Source of the DNA: Eledone cirrhosa
Taxonomy: Eukaryota
Assembly (NCBI GenBank): GCA_964016885.1
Contig: OZ024744.1
Span: 68,076,001-68,140,000 of the forward strand
Length of the DNA stretch: 64,000 nucleotides
Direction of reading: 5' to 3'
The position numbers and the translations under genes are program-made. Below the pieces are notes generated by a model. The model saw nothing but the letters and a program-made list of their open reading frames with translations, had not been told where the DNA came from and made no database searches. Positions 51,221 through 64,000 of the stretch are shown here, one piece after another. Each line of letters starts with the position of its first letter. Position 1 is the first letter of the stretch.

Positions 51221-51361
51221 TAACAGAGGCAAAAGGTTGGAAATTTGGTGAAAGGGGTTAATTGATTAAATCGACCCCAGTAAAACAATAACAATAATAA
51301 TAATAATAATAACAATAATGATGATAATGATAATAATAATAATAATGATGATGATGATAAT

Positions 51362-51495
51362 CAGACTTGCTAGGTACTGCGCACATTTTAAGGAAAGTAT
51401 CATCTGTCTAAGGCCCTTGTTGTGACTTGACAGATGATTAAATACTCCAGTGCATTAATCATCAACACTGTGATGATGATGACGACGATGATGAT
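51362..51495 (+). mobile_element. R4/Dong-like 3' stub inside an (AAT/GAT)n field
   Basis: LLGTAHILRKV coding end, short UTR and (GAT)n tail. Confidence 0.65.
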
Positions 51496-51598
51496 GATAA
51501 TAAAAATAATAATAATAATAATAATAATAATGTAAATTTAAGTATAATGAATAATAGTCATAATTAAAATGATGAAAATGATGATTCTGATGACGGTG

Positions 51599-51653
<55 letters not shown>

Positions 51654-51850
51654 CAAAGTAAGACTTAAATTACTCATGCTTTATAAGGTAATTACAGAAT
51701 ATAAAAAAAATAAAATAAAGAACAACAACAATCAATTGTGACTTTCTTTGATGGGACTTTGGTTATCTCCCTGCTGAGAACTAGTGTCAAAAGCGATGGG
51801 TAGATAATTCTTTAAAAGTAAATTTCTTTGGGAGAATTATCAGGAATAAT

Positions 51851-51911
<61 letters not shown>

Positions 51912-53470
51912 AGAGTAACAACAGGACCCAGTTAAACAATACCCACCAGCCACCATATATAGAAGAAAAACATATAAAGCAACATTGTGAAATATTCTAA
52001 CTTTTATAAAATTTTCAATGTCAGTATTCAAAATGTTTGTAATGCCATATCTTGTGTTTAATGCATATATACATATTTCCCTTGTCACTCAAGAGAAAAA
52101 AAATAAGGGACAGGGGGAGGAATTGTCCATTAGGCAAGTGATCCTCTGAATGACATTGTTCAACCACTTGCTGATGATTACAGCTCCTATAATTGTCTCT
52201 GCTTTTCTAAGACTGCTGTCTGCCTATCTGACACTATCACACACTATCATACACACACACACACACACACTATCTCTCGTTTTATATTTCATCTTTGGTG
52301 TAAGTACATTTATTCAACCCGCCTCTTCTATTTTACATCATAAGCGCTTCATTGACCACTCTCTCCTGTCCAATCCATTTTTCTTCCAATAATGTATCAG
52401 TTTTCCATGAATTCGCATTTCCTTGCTCTTTTAATTACAAACTCCCAACATCTCAAACTAAACAAATATGTCACGCAAACCATAACTTGGTACAAATTAC
52501 CAAAAATGTAAGACAGGAATTCGCTCTCAATTAATAATACATAAACGCAATGCTTTGTATCAATCAGATCCTTTGACTCTTTTATCCCGGTTTTGTAGGC
52601 CATAACAGATACATACACGCATACACATATATACAGATACTTATGTATACAAACACACAACCACAAAGAAAATTCTATGTTCTACAATTTGAGAACGAAA
52701 GAAAATATATCTTCATTATTTAAATGTCAGCAAGGTAAATCGAAGAAAATTGTCATTTTAAATTTGATACCAGACAGCACACCGATTAGATTAATATAAT
52801 GGAGTTGACACTGGTTCTTAACAAAGATAAGATAACCAAAATCCAATCAAAATACATACATTTTCAACAATGTTTTAAAGTTTGTAACAAAAAAAAAATA
52901 TATATATATATATATGTATATAAACATATACACATATATAAAAATAGATATATATAGGTGAAATCATATTCTGTAGTGGAATAACCAGCTGTGGCATGTT
53001 TTAGAATGTGAACAATTGTGCTTTTGACTTTCCTGTTTGTAAAATGTATTAATTTCTGCCACCCACCAATATATATTTTTTGTTTAGCCTGAAAATGTTT
53101 AGTAATGTATTTTTTTTTTTTTTTGTATTATTTACATAAAGTATTAATCTTTTCACTAAATAAAAAATTGCAGATGGAATTTATTGTATTTATTTATTTA
53201 AATGCTGAATTAAACTAATAGTAAAACTAAAAAAAAAAAATATTCAATTAACCATTATATTATTTAATAGCAAATACAGTCACAAGTTAAAAACGAAAAA
53301 GAACTTTACTATAAAATATGATGCTTAAATTATTCGGTCATTTTTGTAAGAATACTATTATATTTTAGATAACAAGATTCTTTGCTATTTCTAAATTATT
53401 TAAAGAATTTTAAAAACCACAACCAACTCCCTGTATACCAATGTGCATTTATAGAAACACACACACACAC

Positions 53471-53607
<137 letters not shown>

Positions 53608-54742
53608 ATATATGTGTGTGTGAAAGACAGTAAGATTCTCAATACCAAAGCATATTTGTTAAGAAAATTATGTAATATTGTGATTAATTATTGAAACCTG
53701 GTATCAGTAATAAGCTTGCCAAAGTACCAGTAATACACTGGGTAATTGCTGGCCTAACGTACAAACAATTATTGATACTTAATTTCAATAATAAAATAAT
53801 TACATCACTACATTTTTAAAATTATAATAAAATTTTGCATCATCTAGAATCAACAAATTTATTATTAATTTTGTGCTTTTATGGAAAACTTGTTTCCTCT
53901 GTGATACTCTTAATACATATATATTTATTTTTTACATATTTCTTAGGTAGGTGGCTGCACAGAAGAAGGGCAAAATGTAGGGTGAGGTGGGCTAGTAACT
54001 TCTCAAGAATGGAATGTTTTAAAACCGGATGTTTTTAAAATTTCTCTTTTCAATAAAGCAGTTATTTACACGCTCACACACGTGGTTGGGTGTGTATGAG
54101 TGTTTTTACATATGTAAACACACACACATACATATGAAGTGTACATATATATATATGTCAATCAATTTTCAACATAGCTAGATTTTCGCATATCAATTCA
54201 TATTTCCCCTTAATATTCACTGTGAATAATATTCCAGAAGCCATGAAAGTACATGTCAAAATATGAAATAAAATGTGGAAATCCTGCTTTGACGAAATTT
54301 GATGGATTAATATATTTGCACAATTGTGCAAACTAAGAAATATATATACACACACATGTATGTATATATATATATATATGTGAATATAGACATATATTCC
54401 AATATATATATATATATATACATCGAAACGGCTTGAGCTCTGCCGTCGGGGTCTTGAACATTTTCCTATTACCCACTCTACTACCCTAAGTATTGAGTAC
54501 TCTGCTGTGTTATGGTCCATCTGGTTCCTTACCACACTTCCTTCTTTATATATATATATATACACACACACTACATACATATATCATGATTATTTGTCAT
54601 CCATTTTCCCTGAGAGTGAAGGTTGGATGAGCTGTCAAAGACCAAGCCTGTTCTTAATTGGGGTTCCTAATTTCTGAGATGGGTAGGGGCCTGCTTCCCT
54701 CTTACATATGTTCCTGCACAGTCAAAAGACACCAGAACAATT

Positions 54743-54815
<73 letters not shown>

Positions 54816-55019
54816 TGTATATATATGTATATATAATATATATTTATTATATATATATAAATAAATATGTATATAATATGTATATAATATATATATATAA
54901 ATATGTATATATATGTGTATATAATATATATTTATTATATATATATATATATATAAATAAATATGTATATAATATATATATATATATATAATATATATGT
55001 ATGTGGGTGGGTGTGTGAA

Positions 55020-55103
<84 letters not shown>

Positions 55104-56009
55104 TAAATACGCACACAGATACACACATACACTACATAAGGTTAATATGCAAGCTTAAGGATATATTGCATCGCATATTGTTTCCTATTTTAGTCTGTGT
55201 TGTGAATGAAAGCCTATATAATAAATTGATATGAAAATACAATAAATAGTATGTCTAAATAAAACTTAAAGATAAGAAAAATTGTATTTTAACATTAATT
55301 AGGTTAGAGAGAGAAATAAAAACGAAGAAAAAAATAGAAAAATAAAAAATAAGCAAATCAAAAGGGTATTTAAAATAAAAATAAGATAATCATAGTATTA
55401 AAATAAATTTAAAAGGGAGGGAATTAAGAGGGAACACAAAAATACAAGTAAACATGAATATAAAATTCAGAAACTTGGTGTGTTTGAATGCAGATCCTAC
55501 GCAGGTCATATGAGAGTGTGGTTTGAAATAATTTTGGGGGTGGTTCCTAAAAATACAGTTGTCCTCTTAAGTCAATGCATATTTTTTCTGCATCTCAGAA
55601 CAACCTGCAACAAACAACAATCACAGAGTTTGTAGCATAACAAATGAAAAACTAAGAAATTAAAAATAATAAAAATTAACAAACAAAAACAAAAGAAGCT
55701 TCATATTAGATGTCATAGAATGCATTTATATATATATATATATTATATATACGTATATATTATATATATATATATATATATGCACACATATACATACACA
55801 TATATTTATACACAGATATATATATATACACACATATATGCATATAACTAAATACATAGAGACACTCTATGATTGTTTTAAATTATGCATAAAAGCATGC
55901 ATTTCTACATTATACAAATATATATATTTATTTATTTATTTATATATAAATAAATAAATAAATAAATAAATACATATATGCACTTATATATATGCATACA
56001 TATATCTAC

Positions 56010-56069
<60 letters not shown>

Positions 56070-56883
56070 GTACATATATGCATGCACTCACAAACATCAG
56101 TTCCCACCCCCACCCCTTATGTCTTGATTATTTTAATTAAGGAGACGAATTAAAATCAAGCCACTTACATCATTCTTGGGGGGAGGGGGGAGGACATTAG
56201 AAAATGAAAAATCACAATCCCAGTGAAAAAAATTTAGGGGAAGGGTTCTAAATGAAATTAGAAACTGGAAATTTAAACCACCTCACCACACGGCCCACCA
56301 TGTAGACAGACACAAGACAAAGGAAATATCAATATATGTTGTTTGTTAGATCAGAAACAGTTAGCACATTGAGTATCAGGGAGGAAGGTTGTGGCTCATT
56401 GTCTGATGATTTTTTGTTAGTTTTGGGTTTCAAAAATTAAAACATATTTATGATTCTAAGATCCTATTAATACAAAAAATAAAAACGAACCTAGTTTCTA
56501 GGTTGAAAACTAGTTTGTTTTAAAACATTTGTTTCAACTAGAAACTTCCATTATAATTTATTGTAAGAGCCTTTTCTTAAGCTATTCTCTAAATACCAGT
56601 TTTATAATATGAAAGTTAATTATTCCTAAATCCAAAGTTTTAGATTATTTTCAAAATTATTTGGAAATCATAGACAGCATCTTTCATTGGTAACAAAAAG
56701 GTCAAAATTATTAAAATTCTAGATTAAGTAGATTTATATATATAGGTATTAAAGGTACAAATTAATTGCATCCATAGACGAGTATGCCGAATGAGCACTC
56801 GATGCTCTTGAGGAGCAGAGTATCAATAATATTATGTATATGATGCAACACTGATTCTTTGTTCCCTTATATATTAATATTAT

Positions 56884-56959
56884 ATGTGTGTGTGTGTGCG
56901 CGTGTGTGTGTCTGTGTGTCTGTGTGTGTGTCTGTGTGTGTGTCTGTGTGTGTCTGTGT

Positions 56960-57044
<85 letters not shown>

Positions 57045-57059
57045 TGTGTGTGTGTGTCT

Positions 57060-57090
<31 letters not shown>

Positions 57091-57095
57091 CGTGT
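56884..57095. repeat. Compound (TG)n/(TC)/(CG)n microsatellite
   Basis: Visible directly. Many similar (TA)n/(CA)n fields lie at 41.6-43.0, 53.4-57.9 and 60-63 kb. Confidence 0.95.
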
Positions 57096-57322
57096 GCGTT
57101 TGTGTGTCTGTTATTCCAAAATCTATTGCTATAATTAACTAAAGTGATGACTGGCAACTAACAAATTAATTCCAATCATATTTTAGGAATAAATACAAAT
57201 AATGTTTATTATTATATATGCTATCATTTCTATTTTATAACAAGAGAAATATTAAACATATTCTATAAGATAATTACTACAACAATAACTAGATGTAAGT
57301 GACTGAACATATTATATTTATA

Positions 57323-57381
<59 letters not shown>

Positions 57382-57397
57382 ATGTATATATATATGC

Positions 57398-57432
<35 letters not shown>

Positions 57433-58404
57433 TATATTTATTTATATATTTGAAATCTTTAATATAATTTTTCTAAACGTAATATTTAAATCGTTATGGA
57501 ATTTATTTATACTTATATTACATACATGGTTATTTATTTTATCTATTCATTTATTTAGTTTCAATAAATCAAAAGAAATTCTGAGTGATTGAAAAAACTT
57601 TACAAATTCATGTGAACCATATAACTAACACCTAACAGTGCAACTATTTTCAATAATATCTATATAGTGCATTTATATAAGTAAATATGTATGTGTGTGT
57701 GTGTATATATATATATATATACATAAACATACATATATATAATGTATATATGCGTGAATATATATAATGTGTAATATAATGTATATATATAATATATATA
57801 TATATAATATATATATATTATATATATATATATATACACACATATATATACACATATATATATACACACATATATACATACATATATGTTTGTATGTATG
57901 TATATTTGGTGGTGATTCACATTTAAGCTAGATATTACTTTTTTTTAAAGTTCACACCAGCAGACAGAGTAGGAAATAACACATTTAGTATATTATAAAG
58001 TAAAAATTGGCAAAATATAATTTTTATTTTATTTTGGCTAGTTTTCCCTTCTTGTTTTCATTTTTTTTTTTTCTTTCTATATTATAAAAGATTGGATGGG
58101 ACAATTTGTATATGCTTGTGTATATTGGTGAGTGTATTTGGCATGTAAGCATATTGTGAATGTATTCAATGAATATATGATCATAGGTAATGTGCTGAAT
58201 TTATATTATCTGATCTTCAAAATATTGCTATGATAAACCACTACTAAATATATATATATAATTTATTTATTTATATTTGGTATTACTGATACAAGTGTAT
58301 CAGTAGTACCAAACCCTTACTATATATACACAACTGTGGGTATTGAACTAATAATAAATTGTAAATTATAAGGTGAATTTACATATTTTATAATATATAA
58401 TATA

Positions 58405-58730
58405 TGGGTAAAGATCTCTTTGGTCACGAATGACCATGGGATTTGCTCTTAGAAAGTTCCCCTCCGAGGCATAAGTCCAGGAAAGGTTGTTTGAGGAAGA
58501 CCAGCAGTCGCCCATGCATACTGGTCTCCCCTCTCCACACCACCAATGTTGTCCAAGGGAAAGGCTATGGCTGATACATCTTGGCACCAGTGATGTTGCA
58601 ACTTATTTCTACAGCTGAGTAAACCAGAGCAACATGAAATACAGTGTATTGCTCAAGAACACAATGTAATGCCTGGTCTGAGAATCAAACTCATAACCTC
58701 ACGATTGTAAGCTAGACACTCTAACCACTA
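58405..58730 (-). mobile_element. tRNA-derived SINE of another family
   Basis: Minus strand TAGTGGTTAGAGTG (A box), GAGTTTGATTCTC (B box-like) and CTTGAGCAATACACTGTATTTCA core, similar to 11558-11700. Confidence 0.7.
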
Positions 58731-58928
58731 TATATATATATATAATCAATGTGTAACCTAGTTATTTAGAATAAATACACAGTATTTGTGCAGACTGTTG
58801 AGGTGACTTTCAATATGTTAAGCATAGGGGTAAATATATCACATTATATAAAACATGTGGCAGCAATAACATCAGCCTACTTCAGGAAACTAGTTTACCA
58901 TGTGTTTCATATAATATAATATAATATC

Positions 58929-58964
<36 letters not shown>

Positions 58965-59724
58965 GTAATATATACATGTGACTAGAGAGTAGAAATGGTT
59001 TATAAATATATTTTAATAATATAATCAAAGAGAATATAAATAATATTGCCAAACAGAACCTCCATTGGCTTTGACACAGACCATGCAGTTGGTTAATCTA
59101 TATGTGCAACTCAATGAATTGAGTAAGATGTATTGTACATGTGATGGGCTTTCAGTTTGCATCTATCTGATTGGACTCACAAGGCTAAGTTGATCTGAGG
59201 TTATGATAAAGCTACTTGCAGAATGCACCACGCATTAGGATTAAACCCAAGACTTCATGAGTGCAATGCTAAATTAATTACTTGGCCATACCTGTGTCTA
59301 TTATGTATATTGTCTATACACAACATACACACATACATTCAATGTGTGCATGTTTTACTGTTTATGGTTTACAAATGGTGCTATATCTGTCATACATATT
59401 CTATATTTTAAATACAAATTCTGGATATACTGTTATTCACTTATACAATATTTATGCTGTAATCATACATTATGTTATTTAACCTTCAGTACGCTGACTT
59501 TTTTTATGAATTGCTTCTCTTGACATTGCATCGTGTATTAAGGGAAGATTATTGGCGACATTATGCGCCTACAATGCCGAGAACGAGAAGGTTAACAATA
59601 TTCAAAATTCACCTTATCATAATGTACAACATACCATTTTTATTACCCACAGCTATGTGTATTTAGGGTCTATGGCTAATACAATTCTACTATTGTGTGT
59701 ACTTAAATTGAAAATATCAATAAC

Positions 59725-59910
59725 AGTAATAATTGTTTCTGACTTAAGCACATAGTCAGAAATTTGTGGGGTGGAGTTAGCCAATTAAATCGGCCCAAGT
59801 ACTCAATTAGTACCTTATTTTATTGACCAAGGCAGAGATGACCTCAGATCGTAAAGGGCCGTAACTTAATACCACAGAGTATTTTGTCTGGCTCTCTAAC
59901 TATTCTCCCA
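59725..59910 (-). mobile_element. Decayed SINE (8004-type)
   Basis: TTATTTTATTGACC..GACCTCAGATCGTAAAGGGCCGTAACT..ATTTTGTCTG, between AAT runs. Confidence 0.6.
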
Positions 59911-60199
59911 AAAGAATAATAATAATAATAATATTATTGATAATAATATTAATATACATTTAAATGACAACAATGACAGCATTATCATCATTCACTTATT
60001 TATAAACAATAATAAACATTGACAATTTTATAGAAAATTATTTAATAGTCTTTTTTGGTTTGTCAATCAATAAGTGTTCTCTGTATAGTTCTGAGTTTTT
60101 ATGTAAACAAATTATTTTATATTTTGTTTTTTAAAGTTTAAATTTAATCTAAATCTTTTATATATTAATGAGTGTGTGTGTTATTTTATATATATATAT

Positions 60200-60264
<65 letters not shown>

Positions 60265-61446
60265 CATACACACACACACATACATATACTGTCTTGCTTT
60301 GGGTTGTTAACTTTTGGTGGAGTCATAGGGTTGTTGTAGGGGCACACGGTGTGTTTTGAACATCTAAGTCTGAGATCAAACCTCCAGGTTTGATCAGCCA
60401 TTTTTTTTTTTTTTTTTGCCCGAGAGAGTGAAAGTGACAATAATGATCAGTCTGAGTTGAGAGTGCAGAGAACCAAAACTAATACTTGCATGGCATTCTG
60501 ATACTATTAACAAGTCTTCCAACTCAGAGAGCGAGTCATACAACATATTTGCTATATGCAAAATGATTGAGATGCTGAATACATCAAAGTCATTCTGAAA
60601 TAGGTGTGTGTATATAAATATATATATATATCATCATCATCATCATATATATATATACACACACACACACATATACAAGATGTTGCTTTAAGAATCCTGT
60701 AACCCAAAAGACTGATTAGCAACACCTAAGTAGTAAAGTGGCATCTCGAAAGTTTAAACAATTTTAGTATGTGGCACATTTATATGTGTATGTGTTTCTT
60801 TGTGTCTCTGTGTGTATGTTTGTATGTTTGTATGCATATGTGTGTATGTTCACCTTGATAGATGAACTTGAGATAGAGAGAATAAGGCTAGATGGGGTTG
60901 TTTTTGTTTATAATTTTTTTTCTTGTGCTTTGTGTGTTATTGAGATTCTGTCTGCTGGAGGAGGGGGTAAATATTTGACCCTCACAGGTATCACAAAGAA
61001 TTGGAAACAAGACCTAGTATACAGCCGGCCTTGCAGCATTCTCTGTTGCAGCCCACACCACTGTCCTTTAGAAAGTGAAATTAAAGAAAATATTAATGGC
61101 ATGTAAAAAAAAAAACCAGCAGATATCGGTGAAGTATTTACTGTTTTTTTTTTTCTTTTAATTATTGTTAAACTATTTCAAAAATATTAACAACTGGACA
61201 AACATGGATGGATTAAATGAGAGGCAAAAGAAATAGAAACGGAAGGAGAATGGGGCAGAAAAAGACAGGTGTGGAGTAAGAGAGGTGAATGGGAGGAAGG
61301 AGGGAAATAGGACAAGGAGGGTATGTGTATAATTGTGTGAAGAAGAGAGAGATAAGATATAAAATAGAGAAAAAATAGCAGACAAGCTATATAGCCAATT
61401 ATATTAAGCACTGAACCCATTACATATATGTGTTTACATGTGTGTG

Positions 61447-61526
<80 letters not shown>

Positions 61527-61576
61527 TATAAACACACATACATTCACACATGCATATATACACAATATATTTATAA

Positions 61577-61691
<115 letters not shown>

Positions 61692-62025
61692 TATATATAT
61701 ATATATATATATATTAATATATATATATATCAACCACAGCATTACAGTGTGTGTGTTTGTATATATATTTATATACATATATCTCTTTGCATCTATAACG
61801 CTTTAAAATTTAAAATGTACATACAGATAATGTATTTCCCATCTCAGTTCAGTGATATTGCTACAATAGGTTTAGAATTAAGTTTAGTCATGACAGGAAA
61901 AAAAAAATTAATTCATTTGATATATCTAGTGACAAATGAACCTTTTTTTTTTTTTTTACTGCCATGATTAAATTTAATTCTGAAAATATTATAGCAACAT
62001 GACTGAGATTGGATGTACTTATGCA

Positions 62026-62095
<70 letters not shown>

Positions 62096-62884
62096 TATGT
62101 ATGGATGTATGTGTGTACATATGCGTGTATAGTTATATGTCAAAGCATGTGATCAGAGCAGAGAATGAGAGAAATGTTGAGAATGTGTGTAGGAGTTGGA
62201 GTTTGAATGTTTGCCTTCGTATATAACTGTGTGCGTGTGTGTGTGTGTGTGTGTATGCGTGCGCGCGCATGCGCATATGTGTATGTCTGTATGTCTGTGT
62301 GATTGGCCAGTGAAAGTGAACAGAATAGTGATGCAAAAAGATAGACAGGATCAAGAGAGAAGTGGGAATAGAGGGAGGGGGAGGGAGGGAGGAAAAGAGA
62401 CAATGCAAAATAGAGAGAGGAATTAATATAAAGAGTTGGGTGCACAAAATGACAGCTTAAACATAAAGATATGATTTAAGTAAGACGATACAAAAAACTC
62501 CCATGTACATACACCCTTCCCCGCACTCCCTCTCACCCATACACAGAAGCTTTCACTGAGAGGTTAAGACAAATTAAGTTGCAGAGAAAATTAGATGATG
62601 GAGAAAGAAAGAGAGGATTGGGGGGGAGGGAGGGCAAAGAGAAAACAACACCACCACCACTATGACAAAAAATAAAAAAAAGATAAAAAATGAAATTATG
62701 ACACACACACACACACAAACACAAACATCATTGTTACTGACTATTTTTTTTTTTTATTGTTTATATTCTGGGGGGCATCTGCTTAATGAATGACTTACAA
62801 CACACACACACACACACTCATATATATGTATCATCAACAATGATAATGACATACATATATACATGCAGACATATTTTATATACC

Positions 62885-62944
<60 letters not shown>

Positions 62945-64000
62945 TATATACAAACATTCACACACACACACACACGCACATACTTACATTCATTCACATA
63001 CAAATATCCATACACACACACACAGACCTACTTCCATGCATGCATGCATACATGCATGCATGCTCAGAAAATGGTTAACTTTATTCCTGTGAAAAAAAAA
63101 ATAATCAATTGGCATTATTTACATAATCAACAAAAAATATACAAATAATATAATTAGAAAAAAAATAATACTTTAATGAATCTTTTTCGAACATGTTTCA
63201 AGTTTCAAACATGTTTTTTCTCTACTTCGTTAGGTTTTGTCAAATTTGGGTTTATAATATGACAATATTATATATAATATATAATATATAATATATATAA
63301 TATATATATATATAATAGATTCTTCACACTATGTGTATTGTGGTTTACATGCGCAAATATTAAAAGTGCTCAATATATGCTGTGGTAAAGTGATGTGTTA
63401 AGTCCATCAATGCGAGTGTGTATATATTATAATATTGTATTCATCACCCATACCATGGTTTCACGCAAGCAATTTGGTAGATGTTAGTTATCCACATGGA
63501 ATTGCTGTATGGAACTATGGTATGGATATAATTACATTTGTAATTTTCACACTCATGCACTATATATTATACACTAAATGTATATATATCATGGCAGTGC
63601 CCCAGTATGATCACAGCTGAAATTAGTAATATATATATAGTGTTGAAAATAAAAATAAAAATAAAAAAATATTAAAAACATTTTTATAAAGAAAAATGTT
63701 TCACCATTATTTTCAAGAATCCCTCCCTACTTTCTTTAATCAATTTCTTCGATCATGATACATATTAATGTTTATCATGTAAGGAAGAAATTATTATATC
63801 TCTTTTTTACCATACACACCCACAGCTGTATCTATCATGCCATTTTGGTGTGTACATCCCCTAAGCTCATAACCCAAAATGGCTACCATCAAATCATGTG
63901 CCTAAAGTGCAGTAGCTCTCAGGTCAGAATTGACCTGATTAGCCACACAACACAACATAGCCCCCCATGTACCCCAAAACTGACTGACATTCATTAAAGA

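Noticed and set aside
54420-54545. Penelope-type hammerhead ribozyme (CGAAAC present)
   Set aside because: No upstream CTGANGA core; the upstream sequence is (TA)n. At most a repeat fragment.

Overview
AT-rich, microsatellite-laden animal genomic DNA. It is probably a coleoid cephalopod such as Octopus; this is inferred from the SINE families and repeat landscape, not proven. Bases 1-32 kb are almost entirely transposable elements: a decayed Helitron, three full-length but mutated Tx1/L1-clade LINEs (one on the - strand, two head-to-tail on the + strand, all bounded by (ATT)n), R4/Dong, RTE and mariner relics, piggyBac/hAT/hairpin MITEs, many tRNA-derived SINEs and two minisatellites that expanded inside TEs. 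Bases 43.4-50.8 kb (- strand) carry the last five coding exons of an SLC6 Na+/Cl- dependent amino-acid (glycine/proline-type) transporter, with an inverted pair of CR1 LINEs in one intron. The best candidate for an undescribed system is the Tx1 family. It appears to target (ATT)n microsatellites, has a 5' UTR with GNRA/UNCG hairpins, has a 5' splice-site consensus overlapping the ORF1 stop whose use would fuse ORF1 to ORF2 in frame in all three copies, and shares its 3' end with the abundant local SINE. Most ORFs in the supplied track are microsatellite or antisense artefacts.
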